DNA of 48,594 nt. It comes from Pseudomonadota bacterium. Lineage in GTDB: Bacteria; Pseudomonadota; Alphaproteobacteria; Rhizobiales; Hyphomicrobiaceae. A program made the translations under genes and the position numbers. Position 1 is the first letter of the stretch, and each line of letters begins with the position of its first letter. Where the stretch lies: NCBI GenBank assembly GCA_039039985.1, contig JBCCOV010000012.1:1-48594 (forward strand), written 5' to 3'. Shown one piece after another: positions 44,628-48,594 of this stretch. The notes below the pieces were generated by a model. That model made no database searches. It saw nothing but the letters and a program-made list of their open reading frames with translations, and was not told the origin of the DNA.

Positions 44628-46355
44628 CTAGGCAATATCTGAGCATGGTTTACTTAAGCTCCGGAGGAGCATTCCAAGAAGAAGGAATAGGCCCCAAATG
44701 ACCATAAACAGGGCCTCTCGAGCGGCCGAGTAGATCGTTTGCGGTAGGGCAGCAGGAACGCTGGAATCAATTGTTCCCACGACATTCAAGTCCAAACTGT
44801 GGCGGATCCGTCCAAATGCATCGACAACGGCACTGACGCCATTATTTGCAACACGTAGGAGCGGTACGCCGTTTTCGACGGCCCGGACTTGTGCCTGATG
44901 GAGGTGCTGGTATGGCCCGCTGGTCACACCAAACCAACCATCGTTCGTGAGATTGACGAACAACTGCGGGCGAACCGCGCCACGACCAACCCCTTGCGGA
45001 AACACCACCTCATAGCAAATCAGCATTTCAGTCCTTGGCAAACCCGAGATCTCCATCAGCTGGCGCGGTCCCCTTCCGGCCGCGAAGCCACCTCTTTGGC
45101 GCGTGACGGCTTCCAAACCAAGCCGCTCCAGCGTCTGTTGGAACGGCAGATACTCACCAAATGGCACCAAGTGGATCTTGTCGTAGAGCGCCTGAACGCG
45201 TCCTGTATGCTCGAAGGCAACGGCACTATTGAAGATGCGCGTCGGCAACCCGCGACGATCACGTTCGGCTCGCAGAAGTCCGGCCAACAATACGGTGCCG
45301 TCGGGCAAGGCTTCGCGAACTGCTGCGATTGCAGAGGGTGATGCAAGCGGCCCGAACGGCATCGCCGCCTCGGGCCAGATCACATGCGTGATGCCCGACA
45401 AGTCATCGGTCCCACCGTCAGGGCGTTGCCGTGTGAGGTCCAGATGCTGGCGAAAAATCGCGGATTGGCGATCCTGGCGCCACTTATCCGCTTGCGGCAC
45501 GCTCGGTTGGACAAGGCGCACGCGGACATCCGGCACATCCGGGACGTTGTCCATCGCCAGTCGGACTCCGCCGAAGGTTGCCAGGACCCCGACAGGTATT
45601 ACCAGCGCGAGACCGGCAACGATGGCAGGCCGCCGCGCATTCTGCCTGCAACCTTGCACGTAGAGCGTGAGTGGGAAGACAGCGATCACAATCGCGAGAA
45701 CCGTCAGGCCGTAAATGCCGAACACGGAGGCGGCTTGCATCAACGGCAGGGGCCACGCCAGCGCGTACCCCAGACTGTTCCACGGGAAGCCCGTCAGAAT
45801 AGTCCCTCGCAGGACCTCGGCGGCAGACAAGCAGAGCACAAAGCCAATGCGTGGATCGACCCATCTATCGGGCAAGGCGGCGCACGCGGCCGTCGCCGCT
45901 CCGAAGAACAGCGCCAGCCCGGCCGGCATCAACGTGACCGCCGCCGGCAAAAGCCAAGCGTAACTGTCCGCCTGAACCAAGAAGGCACCGCCGATCCAGT
46001 AGAGGCCAGCAAAGTGATAACCGAAGCCAAACCACCACCCTGCGGTGAAACCGCGACGCATGCGGGACACGACGGTGGCCCCGAGGCCCGAGATGGTTGG
46101 GTCTGGCACGTCAGCAGCAGACGGCACCACCGCGTCAGCCGAAACACCGAACACGTCGGGCCGCGTCATCCCAAGTAGCACCGGCAACGTGAGGAGCAAA
46201 ATCGGCGCCATGTGAGATGGCGCCATCGCCAGCGCCGAAATCGCGCCGCTGATTGTTGCAGCGCCCCACATCCGCCAGCCCGTCAAACCGGTCAACATCA
46301 CGAAAAGTTCAAGTCCGCGACTGCTCGCCAGCGCTACTGGCGCCCCTCGCACCAT
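44628..46355 (-). CDS. lnt: apolipoprotein N-acyltransferase
   Basis: It has multiple N-terminal TM helices and a C-terminal CN-hydrolase domain (...LICYEVVFP...). The start is placed at ATG 46355 (MVRGAP...); the track begins at an upstream TTG at 46388. Confidence 0.85.
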   Translation of the reverse strand: MVRGAPVALASSRGLELFVMLTGLTGWRMWGAATISGAISALAMAPSHMAPILLLTLPVLLGMTRPDVFGVSADAVVPSAADVPDPTISGLGATVVSRMRRGFTAGWWFGFGYHFAGLYWIGGAFLVQADSYAWLLPAAVTLMPAGLALFFGAATAACAALPDRWVDPRIGFVLCLSAAEVLRGTILTGFPWNSLGYALAWPLPLMQAASVFGIYGLTVLAIVIAVFPLTLYVQGCRQNARRPAIVAGLALVIPVGVLATFGGVRLAMDNVPDVPDVRVRLVQPSVPQADKWRQDRQSAIFRQHLDLTRQRPDGGTDDLSGITHVIWPEAAMPFGPLASPSAIAAVREALPDGTVLLAGLLRAERDRRGLPTRIFNSAVAFEHTGRVQALYDKIHLVPFGEYLPFQQTLERLGLEAVTRQRGGFAAGRGPRQLMEISGLPRTEMLICYEVVFPQGVGRGAVRPQLFVNLTNDGWFGVTSGPYQHLHQAQVRAVENGVPLLRVANNGVSAVVDAFGRIRHSLDLNVVGTIDSSVPAALPQTIYSAAREALFMVIWGLFLLLGMLLRSLSKPCSDIA

Positions 46356-46407
46356 GTTCAACACACCTTCCTGCCAGCGAACCTTCAACCTCTAACCATC
46401 TATCGAA

Positions 46408-47466
46408 TTACTCGAAAGTTGGTTCGGTCTCTCTCACCGCAGGCGTGCGATGGACTTTCAGTTTCTTGATGCGCCGGGGATCGGCATCCAAGACCTCAAA
46501 CTCGATACCCGACGGATGGGGGATAATCTCGCCGCGGTTGGGCACGCGTGCGATCAGCGAGAACACGAGTCCGCCGATGGTATCGATATCGTCCTCATTT
46601 TCCTCCGTTAGGAGTTTGAGTTCGAGATGCGCTTCGAGGTCCTCGACCGGCGTCCGCGCGGATGCGACGAGACCCAATTTCGGATCCTCCAGGATGTGGG
46701 CGTCTTCATCCTCGTCGTGCTCGTCTTCGATATCGCCGACAATCTCCTCAACCAGATCCTCGATCGTCACCAGCCCATCCGTGCCGCCATACTCGTCGAC
46801 AACCAGCGCCATGTGAGATCTGGTGGTCTGCATGCGGATGAGCAGGCCCATTGCCGGCATCGAGGGCGGCACAAAAAGAACGTCCCGGCGCACCTTCAGA
46901 CTTCCAATAGACCGATTCAAATCTACGCCTGCGAGATCGAGCGCACGGCCCCGCATGCTCGGAAGGTCGAACGCGACTGCAACGTCGCCGACACCCGGCT
47001 TCAATCCCGCCGCTTCGGCTTCAGCAACCAGGAAGCCGAGCAAATCCTTGATGTGCAGCACACCGCGGGGATCGTCGAGCGTTTCGCTGAACAGGGGAAT
47101 CCGCGACACACCTGCGTCGACAAACATGCGGATGACGTCGGCCACCGTCTCGTTCTCGTCAGCGGCGATGATGTCTGCGCGCGGCACCATCACGTCATCA
47201 ACTCTTAGCCCACCATAACGCAGCAGGCGCAACAGCATGTCGCGTTCTTCGTCCGAAAACGAACTGTCGCCCGTTGCCGCATCGGCGCGAAGCGCGTCTT
47301 CTAGCGTCGCACGGACGTTGCTGCTTGAGCGTCCAAGACTGGACAAGAGAAGCGAAAACAAGCTGGCACCGGAGGACTTGCCGCTGCTGGCCTCGGTGTC
47401 TTTGGCGTGACCGTTTGGCGATTGCCCATCGTCATGCCGAGATATCGAACTGGGATCGGTACTCAT
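46408..47466 (-). CDS. corC: HlyC/CorC-family protein (tandem CBS domains + CorC_HlyC transporter-associated domain)
   Basis: From ATG 47466 it reads MSTDPSSISRHDDGQS... It has the CBS pair (VMVPRADIIAADENETVADVIRMF...ALVVDEYGGTDGLVTIEDL) and a CorC C-terminal domain. This is the conserved lnt-corC-ybeY-phoH order. Confidence 0.85.
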   Translation of the reverse strand: MSTDPSSISRHDDGQSPNGHAKDTEASSGKSSGASLFSLLLSSLGRSSSNVRATLEDALRADAATGDSSFSDEERDMLLRLLRYGGLRVDDVMVPRADIIAADENETVADVIRMFVDAGVSRIPLFSETLDDPRGVLHIKDLLGFLVAEAEAAGLKPGVGDVAVAFDLPSMRGRALDLAGVDLNRSIGSLKVRRDVLFVPPSMPAMGLLIRMQTTRSHMALVVDEYGGTDGLVTIEDLVEEIVGDIEDEHDEDEDAHILEDPKLGLVASARTPVEDLEAHLELKLLTEENEDDIDTIGGLVFSLIARVPNRGEIIPHPSGIEFEVLDADPRRIKKLKVHRTPAVRETEPTFE

Positions 47467-47513
47467 CTCTCCGTTTGCACAAACTCGTCGCGAGGTCGCT
47501 GCGAACCTCGACC

Positions 47514-48098
47514 TCAACGAGCCGGCGCGTCGCTCTCCTCCTGATAAGGGTTGGCTATGCCGAGGTCGGCCAGGATCGCAATCTCATGGCCTTCCATGAT
47601 GGAAGCTGCTGCGTCATCACCGTGATCGAAACCAAAGAGGTGCATCAGGCCATGCACGACGAGGTGGTGGACATGGTGCGACAGCGGACGTCCTAAACTC
47701 TCGGCCTCTCGAACAGTCGTCTCGCATGCCAGGATCACGTCGCCCCTGTAGACACGACCTGTGTCGAGATCCGTAACGCCCGATGGAAATGAGAGGACAT
47801 TCGTAGGGCCTGATTTGCCTCGGTGGACAGCGTTGAGTTCAGCCACAAGCTCGTCGTCCGCCAGTACGACCGAGGCGGAGCCCCCAACCGCACGCGGGCC
47901 GACAAGGCGCTCAACCAACTGAGCAATTTGCGCGACACGCTCGGGCAGCGCCGAAACAAGTTCTGGATCTGTCTTCGCCCACAGCTCACTCTCCACCTGG
48001 ATGCTGACATCCAAAGGTTGCAGAGGCTCCTCGGGGGCTAAGGAGTCAGGGCTATCGGCGCAAGCGCCGCCGCTACTGTCTCCCGGATGATCATTCAT
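47514..48098 (-). CDS. ybeY: rRNA maturation endoribonuclease YbeY
   Basis: It has the zinc motif [11 protein letters not shown] (H3xH5xH). The start is placed at ATG 48098 (MNDHPGD...); the track begins 26 codons upstream. Confidence 0.85.
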   Translation of the reverse strand: MNDHPGDSSGGACADSPDSLAPEEPLQPLDVSIQVESELWAKTDPELVSALPERVAQIAQLVERLVGPRAVGGSASVVLADDELVAELNAVHRGKSGPTNVLSFPSGVTDLDTGRVYRGDVILACETTVREAESLGRPLSHHVHHLVVHGLMHLFGFDHGDDAAASIMEGHEIAILADLGIANPYQEESDAPAR

Positions 48099-48594
48099 TG
48101 GGTTGACCGGCCTTTTTGGCCTCGCTCTGTTCATACGCGGCGACGATCTTGGCGACGAGATCGCGGCGAACGACATCGACGTCTCTGAATCTCACGGCCT
48201 TGATGTCAGAAACATGACCGAGAAGCCGTACGGCTTCTTCCAGACCCGACGCCTGGCCAGATGGAAGATCAATTTGCGACGGATCTCCCGTCACAACCAT
48301 TTTCGAGTTTTCCCCGAGCCGCGTCAAAAACATTTTCATCTGCATCGATGTTGTGTTTTGCGCCTCGTCCAGGATCACGAATGCATTGGACAGCGTCCGC
48401 CCGCGCATAAAGGCCAACGGCGCGATCTCGATCGTTCCGCATTCGAGATCACGTTCAACCTTTTCAGGTGGCAAGACATCGTAAAGTGCGTCGTAAAGCG
48501 GTCGCAGATACGGGTCGACCTTATCGCGCATATCCCCTGGCAAAAAGCCAAGCCGTTCGCCCGCCTCAACCGCCGGCCGGGACAGGATGATGCG
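48091..48594 (-). CDS. phoH: PhoH-family ATPase (YbeZ), C-terminal part; 5' end beyond window
   Basis: It has the Walker-B/PhoH signature (...[41 protein letters not shown]...). The frame stays open to the right edge. Its stop overlaps the ybeY start. Confidence 0.85.
   Translation of the reverse strand, partial: RIILSRPAVEAGERLGFLPGDMRDKVDPYLRPLYDALYDVLPPEKVERDLECGTIEIAPLAFMRGRTLSNAFVILDEAQNTTSMQMKMFLTRLGENSKMVVTGDPSQIDLPSGQASGLEEAVRLLGHVSDIKAVRFRDVDVVRRDLVAKIVAAYEQSEAKKAGQPNE

Noticed and set aside
45384-46178. 264-aa plus-strand ORF
   Set aside because: Antisense shadow of lnt. It is Arg/His/Gln-rich with no domain pattern.
1-48594. CRISPR array / cas operon search
   Set aside because: No regularly spaced direct repeats were found anywhere. 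The Cas2-like fold protein at 29657 has no cas1 or array, so no CRISPR locus is called.

Overview
This is a high-GC (~62-64%) alphaproteobacterial chromosomal segment, probably Hyphomicrobiales / Bradyrhizobiaceae-like. The right half (30.1-48.6 kb) is a textbook conserved minus-strand core: pnp, rpsO, truB, rbfA, infB, ylxR, nusA, rimP, then trmB, metK, an XRE regulator, lnt, corC, ybeY and phoH (partial). The left half is a mix of metabolic and accessory genes. It holds a partial GMC oxidoreductase, an orphan TonB, a GST, a TauE/SafE exporter, acuI-MaoC-cyclase and an alpha/beta hydrolase. It also holds an OmpA-like beta-barrel OMP, a tandem pair of tRNAs (a Lys-like one with an aberrant anticodon arm, plus tRNA-Asn), an SPFH/band-7 protein and the membrane-bound ferritin/VIT1 exporter mbfA. 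The mbfA promoter carries a perfect Irr iron-control element (TTTAGAA-N3-TTCTAAA) read directly in the sequence. Further right are a lysR-SDR-GATase operon, two DUF1127 small proteins, a solitary HigA-like XRE regulator, an aldolase / 2-hydroxyacid dehydrogenase pair, and the conserved methyltransferase / comF-grxC-nitrilase-DUF1178 block. Then come a YafY (WYL) regulator, DUF2244, nth, and a split histidine cluster (hisF ... hisA). Three loci look most like candidate accessory systems. (1) A RhuM-Doc fusion gene (Doc kinase motif HPFTDGNKR) sits antisense between hisA and hisF and shares a TTAA stop overlap with hisA. (2) An AlpA-like small protein plus a Cas2-fold small protein lie between pnp and hisA on the opposite strand. 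(3) An orphan 396-aa unknown protein follows ~500 bp of low-GC non-coding DNA that carries a perfect-SD 31-codon hydrophobic sORF and an inverted repeat. No CRISPR array, integrase or transposase was found. Several six-frame ORFs are antisense shadows in GC-rich DNA and were rejected. The ORF track reports GTG/TTG starts as M (e.g. hisA, metK), and this was taken into account.
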